Origin: Vicugna vicugna
Taxonomy: Eukaryota
Assembly (NCBI GenBank): GCA_013265495.1
Contig: MU062811.1
Span: 5,079,007-5,143,006, forward strand
Direction of reading: 5' to 3'
DNA: 64,000 nucleotides
Within the stretch, counting starts at the first letter, position 1; the number at the start of each line of letters is the position of its first letter. Positions 1 through 13,095 of the stretch are shown in pieces. The notes under the pieces were generated by a model. It did not search any database. It was given only the letters and a program-made list of their open reading frames with translations, and had not been told where the DNA came from. Made by a program: the position numbers and the translations under genes.

Positions 1-63
1 CCACCACTGCTGCTGATGTTGTGGGCAGAGGGGGAGGCGACAGGGACACGCTGGGGGGCTGTG
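1..63 (-). CDS. MARK2: MARK2 exon 16 (5' part; continues beyond window start)
   Basis: Acceptor ttttcccacag| at 65-64; phase-2 start gives (S)TAPQRVPVASPSAHNISSSG, matching the MARK2 spacer region. Confidence 0.95.
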
Positions 64-707
64 CTGTGGGAAAAGAGGTGGAGGTGGGGGAAATGCATCA
101 GGGCACAAGAAAGCCACCACTGCTGAGCACCTGGAGCACCCTGGGGTGGGAACAGGGAAGGGGGATGCTAGGGCAAAGACAGCCATCACGGAGGACACAG
201 AAGGAAGGAGTGTGACCACTGAGGACACCAATAAGGAAGACGTTTGGGTGGAAGGGGAGGGAGATGGTTTGGGGGAGGGACGGAGGGAGGCAGGAGAGGA
301 TACGTGTATGGAGAGCAGTATAGGCTGGAGAGAAGTGGCTCCTTGGGAGCTAGGCAGACTGGAACCTCAAGGGGACAGTGTTGACCAACCCTCAAGGACT
401 GAGTCCCTGTGATGCTGACTGTCCCCGGGGTCCTAAGGAAGACCAGGAAGGCTCAGAACAAAAAGGCTTCCTTCTGGAGCCTCAGGACGGCTTCTTGCAT
501 ATCTGTTCTGAGAGGGAGAACTGGAGGAAAAGAGGGGCATTAAGCTATTTTTTGTTCCCTCCACTTCCTGGCTGCAGGGGACAGAGCCATCTCTTGCGGC
601 TAAGATGACAAGAACAGATCAAGACCCCCAGGTGGGAAGAAATTGTGGGGGGCAGGGAGGGGGCAGGCTGAGAGCAGCAGGTGCGCCAGCTGCCCCAGCA
701 CACTTGC

Positions 708-869
708 CTGGGCCGCGGCACCTCACAGTTACTGTCCGTGNNNNNNNNNNNNNNNNNNNNNNNNNNNNNNNNNNNNNNNNNNNNNNNNNNNNNNNNNNNN
801 NNNNNNNNNNNNNNNNNNNNNNNNNNNNNNNNNNNNNNNNNNNNNNNNNNNNNNNNNNNNNNNNNNNNN
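708..869 (-). CDS. MARK2: MARK2 exon 15 (alternative ~162-nt exon; 5' part in N gap)
   Basis: Visible 708-740 encodes TDSNCEVPRP(S). Donor is AG|GCAAGT at 707-702. Start 869 is inferred from the recalled orthologue exon length and lies in the gap 741-888. Confidence 0.8.
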
Positions 870-1693
870 NNNNNNNNNNNNNNNNNNNGAGAGGCCTGGG
901 TTAGGGGTGGGGGCAGGAGGCTCTGGTTAGGAAGCAAGGGCGGAGCAGCAAGGGCCAGAGCTGGGGAGCCTCGGCAGGATGCGGGTCAGGCCCAGGAACA
1001 GCAACAAGGGGCACAAGTCAGAGCCAAGGAAGGCAGGACCAGGAAGCGGAGGGCAGGGGAAGGAACGCGGCGCGGCAGGCCAGGGCCTGGGGGAGGAAAC
1101 CAAAAAGTGCAGGAAAGCTGACAGGAGGCAACTGCCTCTGGGCTGCACTGGTCTCCTAGGAATTCTAAGAACAAGGATGTATCATGGCCAGAAACAGCAG
1201 GGTGTTGCGTAGGGGAATTTTCATTAAGCTCAGAAGACGAGGAGCCAGGAATGCAACACTGATGGTCAAGGTTAGGGGGGCTCTGCTTTCATGGGCACAG
1301 CTAAAGTCACCCTCAATGTGTCCACCCTTCAGGTGGGCATCTCTTGGTTCTGCCCTGAGCTGGGGCTCCCAAAACAAAGCCTCAGGCACTGATGCCCAGA
1401 GGAGTGCAGTTGCCATGTCCTGGTCGCAGTCAAGAAGTGAGAAGGCAGCTCAGATGACCACGGAGTAACAGTCAGTACACTGCAAGAAGAGGTTACAGGT
1501 GCACAGGGGAGAGGAGACAGGTGGGGGAGGCGGGTGGAGAGCAGTGAGGAGGTGCTGGTGTGTGGAAAGCTGGACTGGACAGAGCCAGGATGGGACTCAA
1601 GGGAGCAGGAGGGGAAGTGGTGATGCTGACAGACGTCACCCCTGGGAGAATGGCTCCTGGGGAGCGTGGCAGGCAGGGCCTGGGCCTGCTCAC

Positions 1694-1791
1694 CTGTCTT
1701 TGCCGTTCTGGATGGAGGCCTGGCCAAGGCTGGCCCTCTCCAAAAGTGGGGAATTCCTGCTTCGATTTGTGCTGGTGGAGAGGACGCTGTT
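1694..1791 (-). CDS. MARK2: MARK2 exon 14
   Basis: 98 nt, cag|AACAGC...GACAG|gtgag; [32 protein letters not shown]. Confidence 0.97.
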
Positions 1792-2123
1792 CTGTGGGGA
1801 ATAAAGGGCAGAGCTGTATCACAGAAAACCAGTGTTCTACTGACAGGTTCATAAAAACTGCTACCCCTCCGCCTTCCACCATGAGCAGTCAGGGGTGGGG
1901 AGAAGAAAGGGCTGTGCTTTCCCTCCAGGGGGTAAGGCTTTCTATAGTAAGCAAAAGTGGCCCCGAGGGAAGGTCAGGGAGACAGCCAAAGGGAACTAGG
2001 TCTGTATTAAAGAAAAAGCTGCCTGGAGAGGGCAGGGCCTATAGCAGGGCAGGGAGGACAAGGACTAGGAGGGAAAGAGGTGTGGGGCTGGCCGGGAGGA
2101 GGGAGGGGGTGGGCGTGGCTCAC

Positions 2124-2305
2124 CGTGGATGGGGTGGGGGTGGTCTTCTTCCTCTCCAGGCCCGGCAGGGGGCTGGCAGGCACTTTGGCGGTGCTGCTGG
2201 CCTTCCTCCCTGACTCCCGGTCCTCCTCTGGCCTCTTATTCTCTGCGTTGTTACTCTGAGTCTTCTTAGAGTAGGAATTAGAAGTGGGAATGGCAGGACC
2301 AGCTG
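2124..2305 (-). CDS. MARK2: MARK2 exon 13 (NAGNAG acceptor: starts 2305 or 2302)
   Basis: 182 or 179 nt; (A)[60 protein letters not shown]; donor ACG|gtgag. Confidence 0.97.
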
Positions 2306-2562
2306 CTGGGCCAGAGGGATGGTGGGAATGGGTAAGGGTGGGGGACCCATTGAATGGCCACCATGTGCACAGTGCTATCCTAGTCTGGCCAGCAACCCAG
2401 CAAACCCCGTTTCATAGAGGTGGAGGGCAGTTATGTGACTTGCCCAATGCCATGCTAATAAGTGGCTGTATAGGGACTAAAATTCAGCTGTGTCATCTAA
2501 AGCCCCCAGAACTTAACAGGAGAGGGGTGAGTCCTCCACCCACAACTCCCAAAAGTACTTAC

Positions 2563-2695
2563 CCTGGTCACTAAAGCGCCGCTGCTTGGGGTTGGCTGAG
2601 ACACTGCGCTGTACCTTGTGGGAGGGGGAAGGGGCACTGCTATTGGTCAGATCAGTGGAAGGCCGGGGCTTCAAGGTGATGGTGTCGCCCTCCAG
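2563..2695 (-). CDS. MARK2: MARK2 exon 12
   Basis: 133 nt; [44 protein letters not shown]; donor G|gtaag. Confidence 0.97.
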
Positions 2696-3639
2696 CTGCA
2701 AGAACACAAAAGTGAGGGCAGAAGTCACGCAGAGTTGCCTATGGATGATCCCACTTACACATTCCTGCCGGACACAAATCCACCCCAGGCTCCCATGAGA
2801 TATACTCCCTACAAGACCAATGTGCAATAAACACTCTTGGAGACACACATGTCCCAACACAGACCCTGACAAACACAGCCAAAGAACCCTCCCCTCTCCC
2901 AGAGAGGGATATCCATGCCCAGAAGAATGCACATTCAGACTCAGAGACAGCCCCTCAATACTCCTGAGCAGGCAAAGGCAAGAATCAAGAATGGGAGTCC
3001 AACACCAGCAGGGGGAGAGCAGGGTGGGGAGGCCATGAGTGCATGTGGGGACACGCAGATGGTGAACAAGACCCTACTCCCACAGAGACCCATGGATTCA
3101 GGCACAGACATGGTTACCCAGGCGAGCAGAAGAACAATCACGAAGTCTCCACATGCACAGATGGGAGGATGGACGCACATGCACACTGACACACATACCC
3201 AGACACAAACACCAGGCAGAAGCACTAGACTCAAGACTCCTATAAAAAAGACACAGCCATGCACCCACGAACCCAGACGCAAACTTTCAGATACAGAGAG
3301 ACACAAACATATGGAAACAGACACAGAGATTTCTGGATCAACATAGAACTGACCCAGCCAGACTGACCTACACCCAGTGAATGAGCCAGATCTACTCACT
3401 CGTGTGGAAACTCAGACCCAGGCCCAGACCCTACCAGCTTTCCTCTTCAACCACTGATGGAGATTAGTGAAAGCAAAGGCCAGAAAACCTTAGCACCACT
3501 GAAGCTGAGGCTTAAAATTCATCAGTAGAGAGCACACCTACTCAAGAGGTGAGCTTCTGCCCTCAACAGCTGCTAGAAGCATGGGGGTGCTACTGACAGC
3601 AAGGCTGGCCAGACCGGGGAGTGGAGCAGGGGCACAAAC

Positions 3640-3752
3640 CTCAGAGCTCTTGTAGCCCAGGAGTAGATAGGTGGCCATCACCTCGTTGTACCTCTGGCCC
3701 ACCAGGGAGTCCTGGATCTCTTCCCGCGTGTAACCCATGGACACCATCAACT
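3640..3752 (-). CDS. MARK2: MARK2 exon 11 (UBA domain)
   Basis: 113 nt; (E)[37 protein letters not shown]; AG/GT boundaries. Confidence 0.98.
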
Positions 3753-3838
3753 CTGCACAGAGGTGGGGGGGCATACAGTTAAGGATGGTCCTGAGTCCTA
3801 GGTAGGCTCAACCCCATGGCCCAGCACAGCCTCCTCAC

Positions 3839-3938
3839 CTGTTCGCCGGGGGTCCTTGTAGTCAGGAAGTGGCTCCACGTAAGGCTTTAGTTCATCATCT
3901 TCGTGACCCACATTCATCCATCGATCTTTCATGATTTG
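3839..3938 (-). CDS. MARK2: MARK2 exon 10
   Basis: 100 nt; [33 protein letters not shown]; donor gtgag. Confidence 0.98.
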
Positions 3939-4042
3939 CTGGGGAGCACAGGGAAGGGGAAGGGCAGAGAGGAAGGAAACTCAGCTTGGAGGTTTCCTTG
4001 GGAACCCAGAACCTTCCAGCCAGCTAGGCTCAGGCTGCTCAC

Positions 4043-4162
4043 CTCTAAAGTGCCTCTCTTACTGGGATTGAGAATGAGAAATTTCTTGAGCAGGTTTTCA
4101 CAGTCTGTGGACATGTAGAACGGAATACGGTATTTTCCCCTCAGTACCCGCTCCCGCAGCTC
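4043..4162 (-). CDS. MARK2: MARK2 exon 9 (kinase C-lobe)
   Basis: 120 nt; [40 protein letters not shown]. Confidence 0.98.
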
Positions 4163-4592
4163 CTGTAGGAGGGAAATTTCAATCACCCCAAGGCCAAGGG
4201 AAGAAACCTAACTCCAGGCTCCTGACACCTTAAGACTAGCCAGGCAGACACAGATGAAATATCGTGGGAGGAGGAGAGTCTGGGACAAGGCACCTCACTA
4301 GAGAGGCGGTGATGTCAAATACCCCACACCCTCCAACTTCACGAGCCTGAGGCTTGCAATCCTGAGTGCTTCAGAGGGGTGAATGGACACGTGATTTACC
4401 CCCTGCAAAGAATTAAAGTTATTACACTGGGTGCAGAAGGCCTTTTAATTGCTGCTACCTTTTGCAAGCCCTTCTCTGAAGCTCTGGCTTGGGAGAAATG
4501 TAGAAAGGCAGCAAAGGTGAGAGGTTAGGGATAAGACCAGAGGCCAAGAGAGGAAATGACAAGCAATACAAATGATCTAAGCCTGCACTTCA

Positions 4593-4835
<243 letters not shown>

Positions 4836-5509
4836 NNNNNNNNNNNNNNNAAAATATCAGGGAACCAAGTGGACCATATGAAGGCACCAGACAGGAAGAA
4901 GCTGAGGGGAACAGGAGAACAAACAGGGAGTCATCTTCAATCTTAGAACTTTCTCCACCAACTCCAGGGTGGACCTCCAATCATCATGAAGAGGCTGGTC
5001 TGGGATGGAGAAGGGCCGCGCAGGCTGTGAGAACTGCGATCTGAAGGCTCAGAGACGCTGTGAGTTGTGCAAAGCTTCCTTGTTAATCACGGCTGTGTCT
5101 GTGAGGACTTAGGGGCCAGAAGACTCACAGGCAATCAGATTTTTTAACATCTCAGTGAAAGAGATGAGTGAGCCACACACCTGCAAAGCAGCTATGACGC
5201 AGTGGGGGACAGTCAACACTGTCCCCTCAGTCAACCGCCAGGCTGCCTGCAGCCCTCCTGCCTTGCCTGGCAGCACTGGGAGGTACATGCTGAGAGGTGA
5301 AACGACAGAGACTCTGCTCGCTGGCTGGAATGAGCTCCTAAGTCTGGTCATAAGGCCTATGTCAGAAGCAGCCCTAGGGCTTCCTCATTGTCTCCAAAAA
5401 ATTAAAGGCTGGAGTTTCCTTGAACACTAAGGGCATAATGGTTACGTCACAGTTAACGGAGGGTGAGCAGTCCTGTCTCAAAGACACAGAAGATAAGGGC
5501 ATGCCTTAC

Positions 5510-5566
5510 CTTTAAGTCTCTATGAACAATAAACTTCTGGTGACAGTACTGCACAGCAGACACTAT
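5510..5566 (-). CDS. MARK2: MARK2 exon 7 (HRD catalytic loop)
   Basis: 57 nt; [19 protein letters not shown]; donor AAG|gtaag. Confidence 0.98.
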
Positions 5567-5698
5567 CTGAAAGGAAGGAAGAGGGGTCAGCCCAGGGGCA
5601 CCAGAGGGTGGGCCACAGGGGCTGGTGAAGCTGTGATACTCTGCCGAGTTATAAGCTGCCATACAGCAAAGCCCAAAGGATGCTCCAAAGGCCACTTA

Positions 5699-5872
<174 letters not shown>

Positions 5873-5939
5873 CTATATCAGGGCTTGCGGGGGTTGGCGA
5901 AGGTGGAGACACAGTAGGAAGAGGCCATTCCATACCTAC

Positions 5940-6005
5940 CTCCACTAGCGTACTCCATGACAAGGTAGAGAGTTTTTTCGGTCTCGATCACTTCAAATAA
6001 CTTAA
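5940..6005 (-). CDS. MARK2: MARK2 exon 5
   Basis: 66 nt; (V)[21 protein letters not shown](G). Confidence 0.98.
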
Positions 6006-6335
6006 CTGTAAGAGAAAAGGCCAAGCCATGAGTCACAGAAGAGGCAGGGGCCACACATCGAGCCCTGACATGTACAGGGGCATCTTAGGAATGAAAGCTC
6101 CCCCTTTCACATTCCTACTCTCCCAAGGACAAGTTCCTCTCATAGCAGCCACAGCACTAAGGACGGTCTGTGTGCCAGAGGCAGAGCTGGGTTTTGAGCT
6201 GGGCCTCCCCAGAGGTATCCTTGAAGCCTGTAGACTCCAGAAGGCAATGCACCCGGGGTGGGGGGGAAGGACTCCATGCTAGGAAGTGAGGCCTTGCTGT
6301 GGGGGAAGAGGAAAGGAGGGACAACTGGTTCTCAC

Positions 6336-6384
6336 CTATGTTGGGATGATTCAAAACCTTCATTATTCTTACTTCACGGAATAG
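6336..6384 (-). CDS. MARK2: MARK2 exon 4
   Basis: 49 nt; LFREVRIMKVLNHPNI(V); cag| and |gtgag. Confidence 0.98.
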
Positions 6385-9077
6385 CTGGAAAATAAAATAC
6401 CAGGGGTCATGCTTGCTCCTCTCAGGTCCCCTCCAAACAGAGCTACTGCTAAGATTTTTTTCCCAAAAGAGAAAAGAGATAGGGCAGTTGTCCAGATCCT
6501 CCATGCCTGTCCCTGATGGCTGAGGACATGGGGGGAAGGAGAGCAAGAAGGGTCAGTGGGAGGAGAGCTGGGCTTGCATGACTTGTACCCTCGGGTGCAG
6601 CACCTGGATGAGCCAGCTGTGCCCTTGGGTGCTGTCTACCCAAATCTAGCCCCCAAACAGCAGACAGGTTTTGGTTGGGTGCCTCTGAAGGAGGGGTTAT
6701 GAGTCCATGTACATGAATATTTAGAACCTGAGGTGCTTCTAAAGTTCCCTGACAAGGCAGACTCCAACTTGGTCTGTGTGAAGGGTAGGGGGGTTTCCAA
6801 AGGGGGACCCCATCATTTTCTGGTTTACAGAAGCCAGAGGGCTCTGTACTAGTGGGCAGGCCCTGCTCTTCTGAGCCTCGGGGTGGTAACAGAAGAAGCC
6901 ACTCCTATATATAGCTGATGCCAATTTTAATCAAATCCACCTCCACACACTCACGCTCTTTGTGAAACCAAATCAGGGGCTCCAAACCATACATTTTCAT
7001 AAAGAAAGATGACAGAAATGAACTCCATCCCTTCTGTGGGGGCCAGAGAACTGGAGGAGGGGGTTTTTGTAACTTCCAGGCCTCACTACTTGCACAAACA
7101 GCAGAACTAGTTGTGCTGTGTTTTGTCTTTTTTCGAGAGAAGGGGAGGTATGGAGACCTAATTTAGGTTGTAGTTTGTAGAAAAAAAGTGAACACCTTTT
7201 TTTTTTTCCTTTAATGAAGTCCTAGACCTTTTGTGAGCTGGAAAGGAAAACAAGAGACAAGCTTTCCAATTTTCAGGAACCTGGTTCTGATCTTGGCTCC
7301 CTTTTCTTATTAGAGTCCAGGTTTTCTTACTTTCTTCCCTGGCCCAGTGATCATCTTGGAAGAAGAGGCAAAAAACCCTGGGTACCACCTTGGGGGCAAT
7401 GATGGGGAACAGCACTGAAATGGGGCCTGGAGGCAGCTGCCAGGGTTCTCCTGATGGCACCCACTGGCTGTGGAAGGGACACTCTTCTAGGAGCGCGTGA
7501 AGTTTTCCAGGCTTATCAGGAACCCTGGGGGGGCGGTGTGTGCTAGTTTTTTCAGTGTTCATCCTTTAGGGATCATTGCTGGGATCAAATTTAAACAGAG
7601 TGATCTGGACGAATCATACTGGCCTTGGCAACAGCGTATATTAAAGGGCTTTTTAAATAAACGCCTATGTTCATCTGGTACTGGTGTCTTCCAGCCAGTC
7701 AGGAAGAGGCAGGGGAAAAAAAAAGAGGTGGGAAATAAGATGGCTGAGCTGACTCTGGCAGGGTGGACTGCTCCAAAGATTAAATGGCCCACACCACGCT
7801 GGCTCCTACTCTGCTGGGTCTGAGCCAACATGTCAAGAGTAGCTCTCTTTCCCTTCCTTCCAGAAATCTCCAAGCAGGGAAGCCCTGGTGATGATAGCAG
7901 CGTTTCCTTTGAATGAAAGAACCTTGAGGAGATTCCAGGGGTAACAAAAAAATAGGAAACACCTTGGTTTTGGCTGTCAGTGTATCAGGGCACCTCAACT
8001 CACACACTCTGTGTCTCTCTCAATAACAGCTCCCAACCCCTAGTCCCAAGCTGACTCTGTTAGCATGAGGTTGTGCCCTCTCCTAACTCAAGTAACACCA
8101 TGTGCTCATGAAGAGAAAAATGCAATCTGCCTCGAGATGAAAAGAACTAGGTTAATTAAGGTCAGAAAATCTGAGCCAGGGTCAGCTGAAGTATGAGGAA
8201 ATTTGACTTGAATAGGGGCAGCTTATTGGGAGCCAGATGGGAGATTTCTTCCTTCCCCAACTGCTGGAGCCCAGGATGGGGGGAGAGGGCAGTTCTACAA
8301 CAACCAGCCATTGGAAAGCTGTCCCTCTTCTGCACATGAAAGCCTCCTTTTCTCACTCCTACCAGTTTCTCATAGCAGGGAGTATGTGTTCCCTCTTGGA
8401 GGGTTCCCCTCCCCACAAGCTAAGTGAGACCTGTCTCCCACTGTAAGTCAAGGAGGGAAGGAGAAGTTCAGTTTCCTCTAGCTAAGACTACATGCAAACG
8501 ACTTTAACTTTTAATCAAGAGCAGCCTAGAAGTGAGAAGGAAAACAGGGAGTATCTGTTCTTAACCTGCACATACTCTCAGATGCTTGCCGCTGGACTTT
8601 AGTTTCTAAAAGCCCCAGTCTCCCATATCCACACTCCAAAACGCAACTGGCACAGACTGGCCACTGGCTCTCTGCCTCCTCTTATCCCTGTTCTTGTAGA
8701 GTCACTCCCCTGGATCACTCCAGATGGGACACTGACTGCATGTGTTTCTAGTAATGGCTATAAACATATGTTTTTGCATAGGGCTGGCCACAGGCCAGAA
8801 GATAACAAGATGCAGGAAATAGGTCAAGGGGCTGGGAAGGGGCAGGAAGACTTCTCAAGAGTCAGGGCCTGTGGCCATGAAGCCCAATCAGGAGGAGTCA
8901 ACACAGGGGATCCAACCAAAGCCCTAAAGGTAGCAGAGTTATGGACAGGGATGGTGGGGATAGTGAAATGACCAGAGATTTTGAACTGGAGGTTTAAGGG
9001 GAGGGCAAAATCAGGTCAGCAGATCACTGACCCCTGAAGAAAGGTTTAGACAGGGACAGGAGGTACTGTGTGCTTAC

Positions 9078-9131
9078 TTTCTGGAGGCTGGAGGAATTCA
9101 GTTGAGTCTTGTCAATAATCTTCACAGCTAC
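9078..9131 (-). CDS. MARK2: MARK2 exon 3
   Basis: 54 nt; VAVKIIDKTQLNSSSLQK (catalytic Lys motif); donor gtaag. Confidence 0.98.
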
Positions 9132-9370
9132 CTGAACAAAGAGATAAAAAGCCCAAGATTACCTCTCTGACCAAGCTAAACCCAGGACTTGAATCTACTT
9201 CCTCCTTTGTATTTCTGCCTCCTTTCGCCCCATCCCTCTTAGCACCCCTATCTGTTCAGATCTAATTTCTCGCTAATAAACAAGAGGTTGGCTGCAGTAG
9301 TAGTTCCACCACTACCTGCTGGGGTTTAACAGCTAGGAAATGCTGCCATGTCCCCAGCCCCAGCGCTCAC

Positions 9371-9550
9371 CTCTTTCCCAGTCAGGATGTGCCGAGCCAG
9401 CTTCACCTTGGCGAAGTTACCCTTGCCAATGGTCTTGAGGAGTCGATAGTTGCCGATATGGGGCTGCTCATCAGCAGAGGTGGCTGAGTTGCGGCCCCGC
9501 AGCATGTTGGACTTACTGCTGGGCTTGGAGTCGAGGTGTCCCAGGGTGGG
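9371..9550 (-). CDS. MARK2: MARK2 exon 2 (Gly-rich loop; internal Met ATG at 9505-9503)
   Basis: 180 nt; [60 protein letters not shown]. Confidence 0.99.
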
Positions 9551-10329
9551 CTGCAGAGGGAAACAAGCACACCTTTAAGTATACACTGCTCTTCCAGTTC
9601 CCCACACCTTTGCCCTTAGCTCTCTGCAAAAAATGCAAAAAAAAAAAAAAAGGCCAGTGTGTGGGAAAGACTTTGGGGGGCTAGCAGGCATGCAAAGAAA
9701 GAATTATAAGGCAGGGGGATAAAAGAAGCTGGGAAGAGAGCCAACCTTCACGCCAAAAGAGCAGAGCCTATGGTCCAGTGTCAACCTCCTGTGGATGTTG
9801 GAGTTTAGGACCTGAGCTGTCCCATCACTGGCTCTACTGCCTGGCAATACATCCCCCATTAATAACCCAACAGCTTCTTCACCTCATGTGGGAGAGTGAG
9901 TGTTGTCCACCATCCTCTGCCCATTTGCACTTTGATAAGGCTGCATCTCAAAGTCGCAGGAGCATCATGATCAGAATTACTACTGCAAAGCGCTCACCAC
10001 CCAACACTGTAATCTTTATTATGTACCATTTTACATTAATTTGTTGTCTGTCCAATAAGAAGGGAAGCTCATGAAGGCAGGCAGGTATCACTTATTCAAT
10101 GATATATCCCAGCACCTAGACAGACTGGATTATGGTAGATCCTCAATGAATACTTGTGCCACGAAAAAACTACGGACAGGATGTGAGCAAGCCAACAGTC
10201 TGCCGTCCTTAGATATCCCATAGTTCAAATAAGGGGGAGGAAACAGGAATGACAACAACCAATATCCCTGTTTGGTGCTGGTTGTTGTCAAACAGGGATA
10301 TAAATGTAACACAAAAAGGGTATGGACCA

Positions 10330-10932
10330 GATGAAAACATATGTCTGTGTGAAGACCTGTGCGCTCCTCAAAGGACTAAATGTAGAGTTCTATGCGATCC
10401 AGCAAATCCACTCCCAGCTATATGCCCGAGAGGAGCTTGTACACCAACGTTCAAACATATCCCACATTCATAAACACCAAAAAGTAGAAATACAAATGTC
10501 CATTGATTGACAAATGGATACACAAATTGTGAACTATCCACATAGTGGAATATCTGTTGATAATTAAAATTAAATGAAGTACTGACATACTTTACAACAT
10601 GGATGAACTTTGAAAACATTATACTAAGTGAACAAATGATCACAAAGGACCACAGATTGTATGATTCCATTTATCTGAAATGTCCAGTGTAGGCAAATCC
10701 ACAGAGACACAAATACTAGACTTGGGCTGAGGAGATCTGAGAAGGGTGAGGGTACTGAAGAGTGGTAAGTAAGGGGTGTGAGGTGCCTTTCTGCAGTAAT
10801 GAAAATGTGCTAACGAAATGCTGCTTGTGGTGATGGCTCCACAGCTCTGTGAATTTACTAAAAGCCACTGAATCACACACACTTTAATGGGTGAACTGTA
10901 CGGAATGTGAATTACATAGCAATCAAACTGTG
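10330..10932 (+). mobile_element. L1MB-like 3' UTR fragment
   Basis: acaacatggatgaactttgaaaacattatactaagtgaa...tgtatgattccatttatctgaaatgtcc...ctctgtgaatttactaaaagccactgaat. Confidence 0.8.
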
Positions 10933-11564
10933 AAGAGTCTAGTCTAATACTGGTCAAGAGCCCTGATTTACCTCTTACAGACACCTGATGCCATCGCTCC
11001 AGCATAATGGGGTAAAGGGCCGCCAGAGCCTCGTCCCAGAACCAACCAGAGCTGCCTTGGAAACTTCAAGGAGACAATCTGGAGGGGAGCAGGGTGACCA
11101 GTTAAGTGTGACTCAAAGTTCTTTCTTTCACAGTCCTTTCTGGCTCTAAGTGAAGCCCTCAAAAACCAGAGAGGAGAAATGACTTGCTACCACCCAGGGA
11201 ACTGTCCAGGGCTCCCTGATAAGAAGCATGCTTCCCTGACCAGTTGCTTTTCAATCCTAAGGCGCTGTGAATAGGGAAAATCTTCCCTCTGCCCCAACTC
11301 CTGAGAGAGGAAGATGGATGGAAAAGTTTCCTTGGCAACACCTCTGATCCAGCTCCTAAGTTTCTTGTCACTCCCCTCGTTTCTGAGGATTTGAGCCAAA
11401 GGCAGCAGGAGCTTGGCAATCTCCAAGTCCTCAAAATTTGGAATGGAATCTAGCGTCTACATGGGAATTTAGGCCCTTTACCTCCTGAAGTCAAACCTGG
11501 GAGTCCTACGGCCTAGCCTGAGCTTGGCTCTGCCTATCCCTCTTGGTGCACCTACCCTCTTCCT

Positions 11565-11925
11565 TACTGGGATGGAGACATGTGGTTAAGAGTACAGATG
11601 CAGAGACAAACTGCCAGGGTTCAAATCCTGAATTGGCCACTTACTCAACACTTAACTTTATTAATATCAACATCGTTCTTCAGAGGGAGATGAGACTATT
11701 ACAAAGGAGGAAGGAAATCATTTAAAAGATGACCAGTGTTGGGGGGATCCCACACATTGGTGCCAGGAGATGGTCTAGTGGGTGCCAAGAGAGCTAGGTT
11801 CTAGTTCTGGCTCCCTCACTAACTAGTTAGTTTCCTTATCTGTAAAGTGGCAATAAAATATTCCTTATTTCACATTAGTTAGATGACAGAACACAAGTAA
11901 AATGCCTTATCCAATGCTCATTAAA
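11565..11925 (+). mobile_element. Two MIR fragments
   Basis: gtggttaagagtacag...gggttcaaatcctg (11580-11630); agtttccttatctgtaaagtgg (11830-11850). Confidence 0.7.
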
Positions 11926-13049
11926 GAACAACCATGACTGCCATTATTTTTAGTTCCTAAGTACTACAAAGCCTGTCTACAAAGCAGAAGTCTCACTGTC
12001 AACAAGACTTCTCTATCTCAGTTGAGCCCGCGTAAGTCAGCTGCAGCCCAGCTGGAGGCTGACAAGAGATGCTATGGGCCCTCCCTGTGGGGAGAGGTCC
12101 AGGCTGCACATCAGCTACCTGGCCTACACCAGCACCTTTAGCCTTCACGGGAAGGAGGGAATGCAACAGGGAAGCTAGTTCCAAGCCAGGTATCCAGGAC
12201 AGTCAAAGAGAAAGTTCTGCTTGTCTAGGACCCAGAGAAATAGGTAACCCTTGCTGGTGCATGCTCCTTGATCCCCTGCTCTAAAAGTCACCCACTCCCC
12301 TTTCAGGACCAAACTACCCAACTCTCAGGACTCAAAGCACACATTCCTTCTTTACTCCCTTCGCCTCTTCTATGTTGTGAGATATTTCCCATGGCAGGGA
12401 TGTGGGACAGGGTGAGGAGAGCCCACGGGGAGGAAGCAGACAAAGGATAAAGTCTCCAGTAGAAAATGCTTCTTGGACCATGGCCCCACACGAGGCAACT
12501 TCTTTGAAGGCTGAAGAGGAGGTAAGTGGGTGGGTGGCTATTATGGAGAGAGTCCCTTCTGTGATTCTGACTAGGCCCATGTAGCCGGGACTCAGATCTC
12601 ACCAATGGGGTGGGGCACTGAGTACTAACTGCCCTTCTGAGCCAACTAAACAGGATCTGGCCACAGCCATGCTCCCCCTAATCTCCACCCTCCTTGCACA
12701 CAGTACGATCTGGAACACCAGTCATCCCCAAAACTCTGGCTGACATCACACCATAATAGCAGGCCCCAAAGGTCTGAGGAAGTCTGTTGAAAGTAGACAC
12801 CATGGCTCTCGGGCAGTCTTCAGAAAGAACAAGAGGTCACCCTGAGAGTCAGTATTTGGAACTAATAGGCAGAACTCACAGGTTACTAAGCAGGCCTGAT
12901 TTGGAAGTAGGGTCTAAACAGCTTTGGGGTCTTAAACAGAGAGGGAGGAGAGAAAGCAGGACATGAGGATGAATAAAGAAAAGAGTCTTATATCCAGTGG
13001 GCCCTTCCACCTGGATTTCAGAACTTGGCCTAGGCGCGCTGCCAGGTTC

Positions 13050-13095
13050 GCCCGGAAGACAGCCTCCACCCCGAGAGGCCCGGCGCTGACTCAGG
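13050..13095. promoter_or_regulatory. Intronic ETS + AP-1 motif cluster (candidate enhancer)
   Basis: CCGGAAG at 13052-13058 and TGACTCA at 13087-13093 in a small CpG-rich patch. Motif match only. Confidence 0.35.

Noticed and set aside
1560-2213. 217-aa plus-strand ORF and similar ORFs over MARK2 and SPINDOC exons
   Set aside because: Antisense shadows of GC-rich exons and introns, with no recognisable protein features.
4857-4987. C-box (ATGATGA) and D-box (CTGA) pair in MARK2 intron 7
   Set aside because: No terminal stem, and the CTGA is better explained as the branch-point motif just upstream of exon 8.
5931-5940. Second GTATG donor 4 nt into introns 5 and 6 (also at 5771-5779)
   Set aside because: A GT at +5/+6 is part of the normal donor consensus, so +4 cryptic sites are expected and uninformative without reads.
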